64,000 bases of DNA. Source: Myxococcota bacterium. Its GTDB lineage: Bacteria > Myxococcota_A > UBA9160 > UBA4427. The stretch lies in assembly GCA_965250285.1 (NCBI GenBank), contig OZ252299.1, positions 64,001 through 128,000 of the forward strand. The letters run 5' to 3'. Under the pieces are notes generated by a model. The model had not been told where the DNA came from, did not search any database, and was given only the letters and a program-made list of their open reading frames with translations. Positions 1 to 10,230 of this stretch are shown here, in pieces (the stretch's first letter is position 1; every line of letters starts with the position of its first letter). The translations under genes were made by a program, and so were the position numbers.

Positions 1-1368
1 CGCGATGCGGCCCATGGGCCCCGGCACGAAGAGCATCGGGGAGAACGAGGCGATGGTCGTCAGCACGCCGAAGATCACGGGCGTCGCGACGCCCTGGACG
101 CCGCGGATCGCGCCGGCCAGCCGCGAGCCGCCGCGGGCCTGCTCGGTGTACGTGTTCTCGCCGACGATGATTGCGTCATCGACGACGATCCCGAGCACGA
201 CGATGAACGCCATCAGCGAGATGAGGTTGATCGACACGTCGAGCGCGGGCATGACGGCGAGCGCGCCGAGGAAGGAGAGCGGCACGCCGAGGCTCACCCA
301 GAACGCGAGGCGCAGCCGGAGGAAGAGCGCCAACACGAGGAGCACGAGCAGAAAGCCCGACTGGGCGTTGCGCGTGAGGGTGTCGATGCGACCCCGCAGA
401 AAGAGCGAATCGTCCTGGGCGAGCGTCAGTGAAACGCCGCTCGGCAGACCGGGCTCGGTGGCCGCGACGTACTCGCGCACGCGATTCGAGATCTCGATCG
501 CCGACTGATTGCCGACGCGATCAACCTGCACGATCACGGCGGGGGCTCCGTCGAAGAACGCCCGCCGCTCCGTCTCTTCGAAGCCGTCGTCGAGGGTGGC
601 GACGTCGCCCAGGCGAAGCTGCGTGCCGTCGCGCTGGCTGATCAGAGGGATCCGCGCGAAGTCGTCCTCGCTGCGGGCCTGACCACGCGTCCGCAGCAGG
701 ATCTCGCCGCCCCGCGTCCGAACGCTGCCCCCCGCCATGTCGATCGACGAGCGCTGGACCGCCCGCACGACGTCGTCGAAGGTGACGCCGTGGCGCAGCA
801 GCGCGGCCTCGCTCACCTCGATCGAGATCTCATAGGGACGCGCCGCGACGAGCTCGACGTCGCTCACGCCAGGGAGCGTCGCGATCTCGTCGCGCACCTG
901 CTCCCCGAGCCGCTTGAGCGTCTTCTCGTCGACCAGGCCCGAGACGGCGACGTCGACGACCTGCATGCGAATCGCGACCTGCTCGATCTCGGGTCGCTTC
1001 GCCTCGGCCGGGAAGCCCTCGATCCGATCGACCCGGGTCTTCACGTCGCCGAGTCGTTGACCGACGTCCTCGCCGGCGCGCAGCTCGATGCTGACGCTCC
1101 CGCGCCCCTCGTGCGCCGAGCTGTGCAGGCGCTTGACGCCGCTCATGCCCTGCAGCGCCTCTTCGATGCGCACGCAGATCGCTTCTTCGACCTCGGTCGG
1201 CGACGCGCCCGGGTAGTCGACCGTCACGGTCAGCACCGGCAGGTCGACCGAGGGGAAGACCTCCTGGCGGATCGTCGGCAGCGCGACGATGCCGCACGCT
1301 ACGATCATCGCCATCAAGATGTTCGCGGCGACGTGGTTCTCGGCGAACCAGCTGAGCGCACGCTTCAC
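1..1368 (-). CDS. RND efflux transporter, AcrB/AcrD/AcrF family (5' part; continues beyond window start)
   Basis: Not in the ORF track because it runs off the window. GTG at 1368 overlaps the MFP stop (GTGA) and reads MKRALSWFAENHVAANILM...IRQEVFP...YPGASPTEVEE, a typical AcrB-family N-terminus. Confidence 0.9.
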   Translation of the reverse strand, partial: MKRALSWFAENHVAANILMAMIVACGIVALPTIRQEVFPSVDLPVLTVTVDYPGASPTEVEEAICVRIEEALQGMSGVKRLHSSAHEGRGSVSIELRAGEDVGQRLGDVKTRVDRIEGFPAEAKRPEIEQVAIRMQVVDVAVSGLVDEKTLKRLGEQVRDEIATLPGVSDVELVAARPYEISIEVSEAALLRHGVTFDDVVRAVQRSSIDMAGGSVRTRGGEILLRTRGQARSEDDFARIPLISQRDGTQLRLGDVATLDDGFEETERRAFFDGAPAVIVQVDRVGNQSAIEISNRVREYVAATEPGLPSGVSLTLAQDDSLFLRGRIDTLTRNAQSGFLLVLLVLALFLRLRLAFWVSLGVPLSFLGALAVMPALDVSINLISLMAFIVVLGIVVDDAIIVGENTYTEQARGGSRLAGAIRGVQGVATPVIFGVLTTIASFSPMLFVPGPMGRIA

Positions 1369-2642
1369 GGCGCGGGGCTCGGCTTGGGCGAAGTCATGGC
1401 CGTCTCGACTTCGACTTCGACTTCGATCTCGGCCTGCGGCGCGATTCGCGCTTGCTGCTCTTCTTCTCGCACGTACGCCATGTCGACCACCGTCTCGACC
1501 TGCATCCCGTCGACGGTGATCGAGAGCGGCGTGGTGCAGAGACGGTCGCCGGGCTCGAGGCCGCCGGTCACGAGCACTTCGTCTCGATTGCGCTTGAGGA
1601 CGTCGACCTCGCGCATGCGGATGCGTCCCGCCCGATCGACGGCGATCACGGTGGTCGCGCCTCGCATCGCGCTGCGCGGCACACGCACCACCTGCTCGAT
1701 CTCGCGACCCATGATCTCGGCCTCGACGAACAGGCCGACCGAGAGCGGCGGGCGATCGGGCGCATCGCCGCGGCCATAGGGGTCTTCGACCCGCGCGACC
1801 GTGTGAATCATGCGCGTGCGCGCGTCGAGCTCGCCCTCGGTGCGCACGATGCGGCCGTGCCACACGTGCCGTCGACCGGCGAACTCGGCGCGCAGCACGA
1901 CTTCGGGCGCAGGCGCGGCGTCGCCCCCGTCGCGATACGCGATCGGCAGATCGACGTAGGCAGCCTCGGCATCGGCGATCGGGAGCCGCACCTCGGCGTA
2001 GTCGACGGCGTACAGCCGGGCGATGGGGGCTCCGCGCGCGACGAACTGGCCGACGTCGACCCGCTTCTCGCGGACGCGGCCCAGGTAGGGCGCGCGCACT
2101 TCGGTTCGCTCGAGGTCGCGCCGCGCCTGCTTGACCGCGGCTTCGGCTTCGACGACGGCGGCCTCGGCGACTTCTCGGGCGTTGATCGACGCTTCGAGGT
2201 TCGACGTGCTCTCGACGCCGCTGTCGGCGAGACGACGATGTCGCCCGAGGTTCGCTTCGGCCAGCGACCGCTCGCTGCGCGCGCGGCGCAGCGCCGCTTC
2301 GGCGCGGGCGAGCGCGATTTCGTAGTCGGTGGCGTCGATGCGCAGCAGCAGCTCATCGGGCTCGACGAAGCCGCCCGCGGCGAGCGATGGAGACACCTCG
2401 AGGATGCGTCCGGTCACCTCGGCGACGAGGTCGGTCTCGGTGCGGGGGACGACGGTGCCCTGGGTCCGGACCGAGAGGCGCACGCGCTCGGGGACCGCCG
2501 GCGTGACCCGTACGGTCGGATGCACCACGACCGGCTTCGCCGCTTCGACGCCGGGACGCGCCACGACGAGCCCCGCCGCCGCGACGAACGCGGTCGCCAG
2601 CACCGCGAGGGGCCAGGCGAGCTTGGGGGGCAGGCGTGTCAT
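1365..2642 (-). CDS. RND membrane fusion protein (periplasmic adaptor)
   Basis: Start re-set to MTRLPPKLAW (ATG 2642). N-terminal TM, lipoyl-like AEVTGRI and APYLGRV halves, coiled coil; directly upstream of AcrB. Confidence 0.9.
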   Translation of the reverse strand: MTRLPPKLAWPLAVLATAFVAAAGLVVARPGVEAAKPVVVHPTVRVTPAVPERVRLSVRTQGTVVPRTETDLVAEVTGRILEVSPSLAAGGFVEPDELLLRIDATDYEIALARAEAALRRARSERSLAEANLGRHRRLADSGVESTSNLEASINAREVAEAAVVEAEAAVKQARRDLERTEVRAPYLGRVREKRVDVGQFVARGAPIARLYAVDYAEVRLPIADAEAAYVDLPIAYRDGGDAAPAPEVVLRAEFAGRRHVWHGRIVRTEGELDARTRMIHTVARVEDPYGRGDAPDRPPLSVGLFVEAEIMGREIEQVVRVPRSAMRGATTVIAVDRAGRIRMREVDVLKRNRDEVLVTGGLEPGDRLCTTPLSITVDGMQVETVVDMAYVREEEQQARIAPQAEIEVEVEVETAMTSPKPSPAP

Positions 2643-2875
2643 TTTCAGGGGGTCCTCGATGGGCGCGGCGCCGGCTCGAGGGCGCCCCATGCGGGCCGCT
2701 GGCCTCGAGTCACGAACGCGGCATCGGCTGACGCATCGGGGACTTGAGCGCGCTTCGGCATCTCGACGAGCGGCCGCGGGCGTCGCGCGCGAGGCGATCG
2801 AAGCTGTGTCGAATTCGGTCGATGACCGGCCGGAGGTTCCCGGGCGAGCGCGTCGACGCGCCCCTTGCCAGGCGC

Positions 2876-3106
2876 CTAGGAGAGGGGTTCCAAGCAAGCC
2901 CGGCCAGGGCGCTCGTCGAGCGCGGGATCGCGTACGATCTCCACCGTCGGCAGGCCCAGTGCCGCTGCGACGAGGTCGCCCACCTCGGTCTCGTCTTCGC
3001 TTTGATCGCAGGCCCACAGCACGGCGTCGACGACCGACAGCTCGGCGGGCAGCGCGCCCGCATTGCGAGCCGCTTCGGCCAGGTCGACTTCGTTTGATTC
3101 GCGCAT
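2876..3106 (-). CDS. small acidic hypothetical protein (76 aa)
   Basis: MRESNEVDLAEA...VVDAVLWACDQSEDETEVGDLV; GAGG just upstream; lies just downstream of a sigma54-like motif. Confidence 0.5.
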   Translation of the reverse strand: MRESNEVDLAEAARNAGALPAELSVVDAVLWACDQSEDETEVGDLVAAALGLPTVEIVRDPALDERPGRACLEPLS

Positions 3107-3133
3107 CCTCGACGCCCCCCAGACCCGCCGAAT

Positions 3134-3149
3134 TGCAGGGGGCATGCCA
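3134..3149 (-). promoter_or_regulatory. sigma54 (-24/-12) promoter motif
   Basis: Minus strand reads TGGCATGCCCCCTGCA: GG-N10-GC, close to the TGGCAC-N5-TTGCW consensus. Confidence 0.6.
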
Positions 3150-3411
3150 GCTTGCAGCGCGCGCGGGGTCGTTCGTGAAGGGGCCTGTTTTCGCGAGATG
3201 CGACAGGGGTTTGGGGCGGATCCGGCCGCGCGGGCGAGCGCCCGGCCGAGCCGGCCACAGCCCCCGGAGCGTCGGAGAACCGGCGCCTGCGACGCGTGGA
3301 TGACACCTCTCGAAAGTTGCAAACGGGTCGGACCGAAGTGGATCGCCCCGCGCAGCGAGGCATCCAAGTCGGCGGCCGAGGGGGCTTCTGCTGAACGGGC
3401 GGACCAAGGGG

Positions 3412-3714
3412 ATGACGCGCGTGCAAACGACCGAAGAGACCGGCGAGGGATGTCAACGGGGCTTGTCGCTCTACCAATTCGACTCGTGCCCATTCTGCGC
3501 ACGCGTGCGAAACGCGGCCGATTCGCTCGGGATCCGACTCGAGCTGCGCGACACGCTGGCCGATCCCGACCACGCTCGAGCGGTCGTCGAGGCGACCGGC
3601 CGGCGCACCGTCCCCGTCCTGCGCATCGAGGGGGACGACGGGGCCGTCCAGTGGCTTCCCGAGTCGGCAGATATCGTCGAATACCTGCGAGATCGTTTCG
3701 GGAATCACGCCTGA
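3412..3714 (+). CDS. glutaredoxin-like / GST N-terminal domain protein
   Basis: LYQFDSCPFC, TVPVL and ESADI motifs. Confidence 0.85.
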   Translation: MTRVQTTEETGEGCQRGLSLYQFDSCPFCARVRNAADSLGIRLELRDTLADPDHARAVVEATGRRTVPVLRIEGDDGAVQWLPESADIVEYLRDRFGNHA

Positions 3715-3906
3715 GGCTTCGGACCGCGCCGGCTGCCGCCGCCGACACACAGCGGCGTCGGCTGTCGCCGCGTCGCTTCACGATCGATCCGAGCGACCGA
3801 CGCCGCGTCGCTCACCCCTCGCACCGAGCTACAGACGATGGTCCGGGCCTCCGAAGAAGGGGAGGCACGCACACTTGCGTGTTGCCTGCCCGGAGGACCT
3901 CCCCCG

Positions 3907-4206
3907 ATGTCGCATCGGATTCGTCGCTTCACGGCCGTGCTCGCGGCCGCCCTCATGCTCGCGAGCGTCGCGCCGACCACGGCGCTCGGCGCCAACAATG
4001 GTGAGGACGCCAACGTCCCGGTCACGTTCGACGTGATCATGCTTCGTCCGGTCGGCTTCGTGACGCTGGGCGTGGGGACCGGGCTCTTTCTCGGTTCGCT
4101 GCCGCTGCTGCTCGTGACCCGACCGATGGACATCGACAAGTCGGCGAACAACCTGGTCGCCAAGCCGGCGCGCTTCCTCTGGAAGGACGAGCTCGGCGGT
4201 CACTGA
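3907..4206 (+). CDS. small exported/membrane hypothetical protein
   Basis: GGAGG RBS, signal peptide, hydrophobic DVIMLRPVGFVTLGVGTGLFLGSLP segment. Confidence 0.7.
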   Translation: MSHRIRRFTAVLAAALMLASVAPTTALGANNGEDANVPVTFDVIMLRPVGFVTLGVGTGLFLGSLPLLLVTRPMDIDKSANNLVAKPARFLWKDELGGH

Positions 4207-4253
4207 TCCGCGCGCGCTCGGCGGAGCGCCTCGCTCGTGCTCGCCAGAGCGCG

Positions 4254-4532
4254 TCAGTCGTGCTCCCAGTCCTCTTCGTCTTCCCAGCCGGCCTCGTCTT
4301 CGCCGTCGAGGTCGGCTTCGCCGTGCGCTTCTTCCCATTCATCGTCGACCGCGTCTTCGCGGCCCGCGACGGCCCGCCGTCGGCTCTGAATCGCGGCGGC
4401 GACCCAGAAGCCCAGCACCCAGCCGGCGCACGCGAGCAGGATCTCTCGCTGCGTGTTCGGCGTGCGCACGAGCCACGCCCCGAACCCGCCGGTCGCGAAG
4501 AGCGAGAGCAGAATGAGAAACGGACGCTTCAC
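4254..4532 (-). CDS. hypothetical 2-TM protein with acidic C-terminal tail
   Basis: GTG start, two hydrophobic segments, D/E/W-rich tail; follows the beta-barrel gene. Confidence 0.55.
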   Translation of the reverse strand: MKRPFLILLSLFATGGFGAWLVRTPNTQREILLACAGWVLGFWVAAAIQSRRRAVAGREDAVDDEWEEAHGEADLDGEDEAGWEDEEDWEHD

Positions 4533-4560
4533 GCGTCTCGTTCCGTTCGCGGGGGCCGCG

Positions 4561-5226
4561 TCAGAAGCGGAAGACCGCACCCCACGTCAGATTCGTGGAG
4601 CGCAGATCCTTCAGGTCGCCCGTCGGCAGATTGAAGATCGCGTCGACCACCAGCGCGAGATCCTCGTTCAGCCACAGCTCCACGCCGCCGCCGAACTTCG
4701 ACACGAAGGCGCCGGCGTTGCCGAGCTGGGTGTACGTGCCGGTGCAGTACCAGAAGAACGGATCGCAGACGATGCCCGTCGCGTTGGTGGTGCGCAGCTG
4801 CGCCCATTGCCCGCCGATGCCTGCGAGGCCATAGGGCTGGATCCGGCCGAACCAGGGGGCGTAGAGCTTGACACTGGCTCCGCCCATGCCGCCGTCGACG
4901 GTCAACGACACGTCGGTCGGCTGCGGGAGCAGCGGCGGCTCGACGAGGTAGTCGACTTCGTAGCCCGACAGGAACTCGAGAAACCCCTCGACTGCGAGGA
5001 ACTCGTTGAACCGGTAGCCACCGCGCACCGAGAAGCCCCAGCTGTTGCCGAAGTCGTTCTCGCCGGTGTCCTGGAAGTGCTCGAACGAGTTGATCGCGCC
5101 GAGCAGGATATAGGGCGCGGGCTCGGTCCACTCTTCCTGGGCCACGGCGACGCCCGGCAGCGCGAGCCAGAGCGAGCCGACCACCAGCCACCAGCGGTGG
5201 AGGGCGTGAGGGCGAGATGCGCGCAT
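4561..5226 (-). CDS. outer-membrane beta-barrel (OmpA-like/porin family) protein
   Basis: Signal peptide, alternating beta strands (GYRFNEFLAVE, QPYGLAGIG), C-terminal Phe. Confidence 0.8.
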   Translation of the reverse strand: MRASRPHALHRWWLVVGSLWLALPGVAVAQEEWTEPAPYILLGAINSFEHFQDTGENDFGNSWGFSVRGGYRFNEFLAVEGFLEFLSGYEVDYLVEPPLLPQPTDVSLTVDGGMGGASVKLYAPWFGRIQPYGLAGIGGQWAQLRTTNATGIVCDPFFWYCTGTYTQLGNAGAFVSKFGGGVELWLNEDLALVVDAIFNLPTGDLKDLRSTNLTWGAVFRF

Positions 5227-5293
5227 GTTCGTTCTCCTTCGGGCGTTCGAGCGCAGGTCGACCCGGTGCCTGCGAACGTCGAGCTTCGAGCAG

Positions 5294-6520
5294 CTAGAGC
5301 GGCAGGTTCCCGGTCGCCGCGTTCAGGTTGCCTTCCTTCTGCCAGGCGTCGATGGCGCGCTGGGCGATGCGCCACTGGTGCACCTCGTCGGCGCCGTCGG
5401 CGAAGCGCGCCCAGCGGGCCTGCTTGGCCATCTCGGCCAGCGGTGTGTCGGTCGAGTAGCCGAGCGCGCCGTGCACCTGGATCGCGCGGTCGATCACGCG
5501 ACCGAGCGTGTTGGCGACGAAGTGTTTTGCCATCGACGCCTCGCTCTTGAAGTCTTCCTGGCGGTCGATGCGGTAGGCGCAGTGCAGGATCATCAGCTTG
5601 CACTGATAGATCTCCATCGTGCTGTCGGCGATCATCCACTGAATGCCCTGCTTCTCGGAAAGCAGCGAGCCGTGCGCGAATCGCTTCGTCGCGCGGTCGA
5701 CCATCATCTCGAGCGCGACCTCGGCCTGACCCAGCCAGCGCATGCAGTGCGCGAGTCGCGCCGGCCCGAGCCGCGCCTGGCCGAGCAGATGGCCTTCGCC
5801 GCGGCCGCCGAGCATCTTGCTGTCGGGCACGCGCAGGTCGGTGATCCGGATCTCGCAGTGATTGTGGCCGCCGCTCATGGTCTCGACGTCGCGAACGATC
5901 TCCCAACCCGCGCTCGGGATGTCGACCAGGAACGCGCTGTTGCCCGCCTGGGGGATCGTGGGGTCGTCTTCGGTGCGCGCGATCAGGATCGCGAACTGCG
6001 CGCCGCGCGCGCCCGAGATGAACCACTTGTGGCCGTTGATGACCCAGTCGTCGCCGTCCTTCACCGCCCTCGTCTGGATCAGCGTGGGGTCGGAGCCCGC
6101 GACCTCGGGCTCGGTCATCGCGAAGCAGCTGCGCGCGCGCCCCTCGCAGAGCGGTCGCAGATACTGCTCCTTCTGCTCGTCGGTCGCCCAGTGGAGCAGC
6201 GTGTGCATGTTGCCCTCGTCGGGGGCCTGGGCGTTGAGCGCAAACGGGCCGAAGCGGGTCTTGGCCGCCTCGGCGCTGACCGCCGCCATCTCGACGTGAC
6301 CGAGGCCCATGCCGCCCCATGCTTCGGGCATGTGGGGCAGCCACAGGCCGGCCTCCTGCGCGGCCCTGCGCATGATGACGATCTGCTCGACCAGCGTGTC
6401 GCGGTCGTCGGGGTGGTCGGCGATCACCGTCTCGGCCGGGCGCACGACGTCGTCGAGGTAGCCGCGGACGCGCTCGATGACGAACTGAACGTTGTCATCG
6501 AACGTGAAGTCGATCGCCAT
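5294..6520 (-). CDS. acyl-CoA dehydrogenase
   Basis: MAIDFTF start; FAMTEPEVAGSD, INGHKWFISGA, IQVHGALG and DGADEVH motifs. Confidence 0.95.
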   Translation of the reverse strand: MAIDFTFDDNVQFVIERVRGYLDDVVRPAETVIADHPDDRDTLVEQIVIMRRAAQEAGLWLPHMPEAWGGMGLGHVEMAAVSAEAAKTRFGPFALNAQAPDEGNMHTLLHWATDEQKEQYLRPLCEGRARSCFAMTEPEVAGSDPTLIQTRAVKDGDDWVINGHKWFISGARGAQFAILIARTEDDPTIPQAGNSAFLVDIPSAGWEIVRDVETMSGGHNHCEIRITDLRVPDSKMLGGRGEGHLLGQARLGPARLAHCMRWLGQAEVALEMMVDRATKRFAHGSLLSEKQGIQWMIADSTMEIYQCKLMILHCAYRIDRQEDFKSEASMAKHFVANTLGRVIDRAIQVHGALGYSTDTPLAEMAKQARWARFADGADEVHQWRIAQRAIDAWQKEGNLNAATGNLPL

Positions 6521-6719
6521 CGGGAGGGGTCCTCTCGGCGCGCTCGGCACGCCTTGCTCATTCGGCCGCTTGAATTGGGCCTGAATGAGCATAGAGCGCG
6601 CCAACGACGAGCACCCGCGCCTGAGTCAGGCGCGGGTGCCGTGTGCGTGCGTCGAGAGGTGGGTCGGGGGCAGGGCGCTCGGCGCGGCCGCGAGGCGGCG
6701 CGCCGAATCGCAGAGCGCC

Positions 6720-6875
6720 CTACTTGGTGAGGATCAGCCGGCCGTTGCGCGTGAGTCGAAGCAGATAGACCTCTTCGCCGTGGGCGATGCGAAGCGTACG
6801 GTCTCCGGCGAGGAGCTTGCGGCTGCTGACGGTGCGGACGGCGGCGGGCGGACAGGCGGTTCGGATGACTTCCAT
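6720..6875 (-). CDS. hemP: hemin uptake protein HemP/HmuP
   Basis: SRKLLAGDRTLRIAHGEEVYLLRLTRNGRLILTK is the HemP signature; Fur-like box upstream. Confidence 0.9.
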   Translation of the reverse strand: MEVIRTACPPAAVRTVSSRKLLAGDRTLRIAHGEEVYLLRLTRNGRLILTK

Positions 6876-6941
6876 CGGATGAATCCTCTGGCCGAGAGGC
6901 CGTGGTGGGTCGGTGGATCTGGGCAACGATCGGATCTTATT

Positions 6942-6960
6942 GAAACTGAAATTCGTTTTC
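6942..6960. promoter_or_regulatory. Fur-box-like operator
   Basis: GAAACTGAAATTCGTTTTC matches 13/19 of GATAATGATAATCATTATC; AT-rich patch upstream of hemP. Confidence 0.7.
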
Positions 6961-7051
6961 AACTAAAAAGAGTGAACCCTTCGGGGGCGGCGTCGCCTCC
7001 GCGTGGTCAGGCCCTTCTGAACCATTCCACCGGACTGGGGTTGCTCTCAAT

Positions 7052-7070
7052 GAAAACGAATGTCATTTTC
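7052..7070. promoter_or_regulatory. Fur-box-like operator
   Basis: GAAAACGAATGTCATTTTC, 13/19 match to consensus; upstream of the TonB-dependent receptor. Confidence 0.65.
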
Positions 7071-7204
7071 GTCTTTGCCTCGGGTCGGCCCATCGACTCG
7101 AGCGCCCCTCGAGCACGCCAACGCCAGCCAGGGGGTCGGAGCCCGCCATCGCGGGCACGCGCACTCGTGCGCGCAGACCACCACCTGGCTCGACGACCAC
7201 GCGG

Positions 7205-9403
7205 ATGCTCGACCCGAGACCCCAATCTCCCAGCCACCGCGCGCTGCTTTGCATCGCCACCGTGCTCTTGTGCGCGGCGGCTGCGTTGCCGGCGCGCGGC
7301 GAAGACGAAGACAACGACGACACCGTTCTGCGCGCTGAGACGATCGACGTGCGCGCCGAGCGGCCCGACGCCGTCGTGTTTCGGATGGAGCCGATCGAGA
7401 AGCAGCGGGTCGACCGGGAGGTCGTGAAAGCAATCCCCGGCAACGACGCCTCTTCGATCGTCGCGACGCTGCCGGGTTTTCGGATCCAACAGCGGATCCA
7501 GGGCCAGCAGGCGGCGGTGAGCATCGAAGGCATGCCACCGGAGAACACGCTGATCCTCGTGAACGGTCAGCGCTACACCGGTGCGATCGGTGAGGTCGCC
7601 GACCTGCGCGACGTGCCGATCACGAACATCGACTACATCGACGTGCAGCGCGGCTCGCAGGTGCTTCGCAACAGCAGCGACGCGGCGGGCGGGGTCATCT
7701 CGGTCGTGACGCGCCCGCCGCCGGCCGAAGACGGCTTCAGTCTCAATGCGGAGGGCGGCGGCGGCACCGATGGCCGCTACCTCGGCATGGTGACGGGCGG
7801 CGGGCGCATGGGGCCCGTCGGGCTCACGCTCTCGTACACGCGCGACCAGATCGACGGGTACGACCGACGTGGTTCGGGGGCCCGATTCGTCGGGCTCGGC
7901 GGCGACGACTCGAAGACCGTCATCGACGACTACTACGCACGGCTGAGCGCCGAGATCAGCGACTCGGCGACGATTCGCGGGTCGCTGGGCTGGCGCGTCC
8001 GCGACGACGACTACGTCGGCCAAGGGGCGTTCGACAGCGTCGATCTCGGCACGCGCACGACGCACCGCGTGCTCGGCGGTCTCGGTGGCCGCTGGGACTT
8101 CGCAGACTTCGGCGCGTTCGACATGGAAGTCTTCTACTACGACGACCGGGTTCGAGACACGGTGGGCCGCGAGATCATCCTCGACGAACGAGAGATTCGC
8201 CTCGATCCGAAGTTCGACTTCTTCTTCTCGCTGGGCTCGACAGATCATACGTTCAGGGTCGGCGCCGATATTCGATACACCGACGTCGATCTCGAGACGG
8301 GGTCGGTCGAGTTCGACCCGGTGAGTGGTGCACAGCAGCTGCAGACGCAGACGCAGACGCAGGAGTCGATCGCCCACGGCGGCCCCTTCGTCGAGTGGGA
8401 GGCCTCGCTGCTGCCGTGGCTCGATCTACTCGCCGGTGTGCGGGCCCAGTTCGATACGCGCTACGAGCCCGTCTGGACACCCCAGGTCGCGTTACTCGCG
8501 CGGGCCCACTCGACGCTGTCGTTTCGCGCGCAGTACGGGCGCAGCCGCCGAACGCCCTCGCTGCGCCAGATGTATCTCCCCGAGATCTCGCAGAACGGCG
8601 GGGCGTACTACCTGCGCGGCAACGACGAGCTCGAGCCCGAAGACACCCACACGTACCGCCTCGGCTTCGAGTGGCAGCCGCGGGATTGGGCGGTGGTGGC
8701 CGCGACCGGTTTCTACAACGACATCGAAGACCACATTCGCGCGGTCAACGCATACTCGGTCCAGGTCGCGACGAACGAGGTCTCGGTCGTGCGCGATCCG
8801 AACGACGTCGCGCTCGTCTGTCAGTCGATCCCCTTCGAGGAGTGGCCGAACTTTCCGTTCTGCGCGGGGGAGGTGCTCGTCGTGCCTTCGCCCGTCTATG
8901 CCGACGTATCCGTGTACCAGAACATTCAGGTGGCGCGCACGGCCGGAATCGAAGTGCAGAGCGTGCTGCACCCGCACGAGCTGGTCGACCTTCGCTTCGG
9001 GTACACGTTCCTCAAGTCGTACGTGGAGTACGACGGTCTTCCCGATCTGAGCGAGCTGCCGAACGAGCCGCGGCACACGCTGAACCTCAACGGGCAGTTC
9101 CGCGCGCCCCGCATTTCTCCCGCGATCGGCAAGCCCCAGCTCGGCGTCGATGTCCGCTATCGCGGCGCGTCGCTGCAGGAGCTCAGCGGCACAGGCTTCG
9201 CCAGCTTCACGAGCACGTCGCGCACCGATCCTTCATGGGAGGTCGACATGCGGCTCACGCTGCCCTTCCTCGAAGGCGACCGCGCCGCGGTCTACTTCGA
9301 TGTCTACAACGTCACCAACGAGGCGACCGTCGATTCGTACGAGATTCGGGGTCGCAGCTACTTCGCGGGCGTGCGCTTCGCCCTCGGCAGCCAGCCTCGC
9401 TGA
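7205..9403 (+). CDS. TonB-dependent outer-membrane receptor (probably heme/iron)
   Basis: Signal peptide, ETIDV TonB box, plug domain (LILVNG, IDVQRG, GGVISVVT), RRTP...NDELEPE, C-terminal GRSYFAGVRF. Confidence 0.92.
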   Translation: MLDPRPQSPSHRALLCIATVLLCAAAALPARGEDEDNDDTVLRAETIDVRAERPDAVVFRMEPIEKQRVDREVVKAIPGNDASSIVATLPGFRIQQRIQGQQAAVSIEGMPPENTLILVNGQRYTGAIGEVADLRDVPITNIDYIDVQRGSQVLRNSSDAAGGVISVVTRPPPAEDGFSLNAEGGGGTDGRYLGMVTGGGRMGPVGLTLSYTRDQIDGYDRRGSGARFVGLGGDDSKTVIDDYYARLSAEISDSATIRGSLGWRVRDDDYVGQGAFDSVDLGTRTTHRVLGGLGGRWDFADFGAFDMEVFYYDDRVRDTVGREIILDEREIRLDPKFDFFFSLGSTDHTFRVGADIRYTDVDLETGSVEFDPVSGAQQLQTQTQTQESIAHGGPFVEWEASLLPWLDLLAGVRAQFDTRYEPVWTPQVALLARAHSTLSFRAQYGRSRRTPSLRQMYLPEISQNGGAYYLRGNDELEPEDTHTYRLGFEWQPRDWAVVAATGFYNDIEDHIRAVNAYSVQVATNEVSVVRDPNDVALVCQSIPFEEWPNFPFCAGEVLVVPSPVYADVSVYQNIQVARTAGIEVQSVLHPHELVDLRFGYTFLKSYVEYDGLPDLSELPNEPRHTLNLNGQFRAPRISPAIGKPQLGVDVRYRGASLQELSGTGFASFTSTSRTDPSWEVDMRLTLPFLEGDRAAVYFDVYNVTNEATVDSYEIRGRSYFAGVRFALGSQPR

Positions 9404-9474
9404 CCGAACCCGAGCCGCCACGGCTCGCGACCCGACGGCGCCGGCTCGGCGGCGATCGTCGAAAGGATGCATCC

Positions 9475-10230
9475 GTGAACCGAATGAGCTCGCTCGACCG
9501 GATCGAACGCCTCGGGCTGATCCTGCTGTCTGCCCTCGTCGTCTTACTGACTGGCTTGCCGCGCAGCGCCCAAGCCGCGGTGTTCGACCTGATGCCTGGA
9601 CCCGCCGGCGAGGATACGAGTCCCTACTCGTTCATCCCGTCCCTCGTACGCGGGAACTACACGACCATGTATGCGATGACGGGGGAGGACGAAGACGGCA
9701 TCGCCCACGACCAGATCGCCTATCTGAAGTTCGAGCTGCCGCCCGGCCTGCTTCAGCCCGGCGAGACGGTCATCGCGGCGTCGCTCTTCATGGTCTTCAG
9801 CTTCACGTTCTCGCACGATGGCACGCCGCCGCCGCCGGGCGGGGAGATGTACGTCCACGAAGTTCCGTCCCCGTGGAACGAGCAGACGATGACGTGGAAC
9901 AACAAGCCCGCCGTCGGGCCGATGATCGCGTCGGAGACGAACATTCCCGATTTCGGGTCGTACGAGTTCGACGTGACCGACACGGTTCGGTTCTGGGCGC
10001 ACGGCACGACGCCGAACAACGGCTTCGCCGTGACGAACCCGAGCGATACGCCGATCGGGTTCCATACGTGGGACGCGACGAGCGTCGATCCACTGCTGAT
10101 GAATCGCCTGGTGATCGTGACGGGCCCGGGTGATCCGCCGCCTTCGGTTCCGGTGCTCGGTCCGCTCGGAGCAGCGGCCTTGGCGTTCGGGCTCGGCGCG
10201 ATCGGCTGGCGGCGCGCCCGAGTCGTTTGA
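9475..10230 (+). CDS. DNRLRE-like domain surface protein with IPTL/PEP-CTERM-like C-terminal sorting signal
   Basis: Signal peptide; AYLKFEL, WNEQTMTWNNKP and FDVTDTVRFW...NNGF motifs; tail SVPVLGPLG-TM-RRAR. Confidence 0.75.
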   Translation: MNRMSSLDRIERLGLILLSALVVLLTGLPRSAQAAVFDLMPGPAGEDTSPYSFIPSLVRGNYTTMYAMTGEDEDGIAHDQIAYLKFELPPGLLQPGETVIAASLFMVFSFTFSHDGTPPPPGGEMYVHEVPSPWNEQTMTWNNKPAVGPMIASETNIPDFGSYEFDVTDTVRFWAHGTTPNNGFAVTNPSDTPIGFHTWDATSVDPLLMNRLVIVTGPGDPPPSVPVLGPLGAAALAFGLGAIGWRRARVV

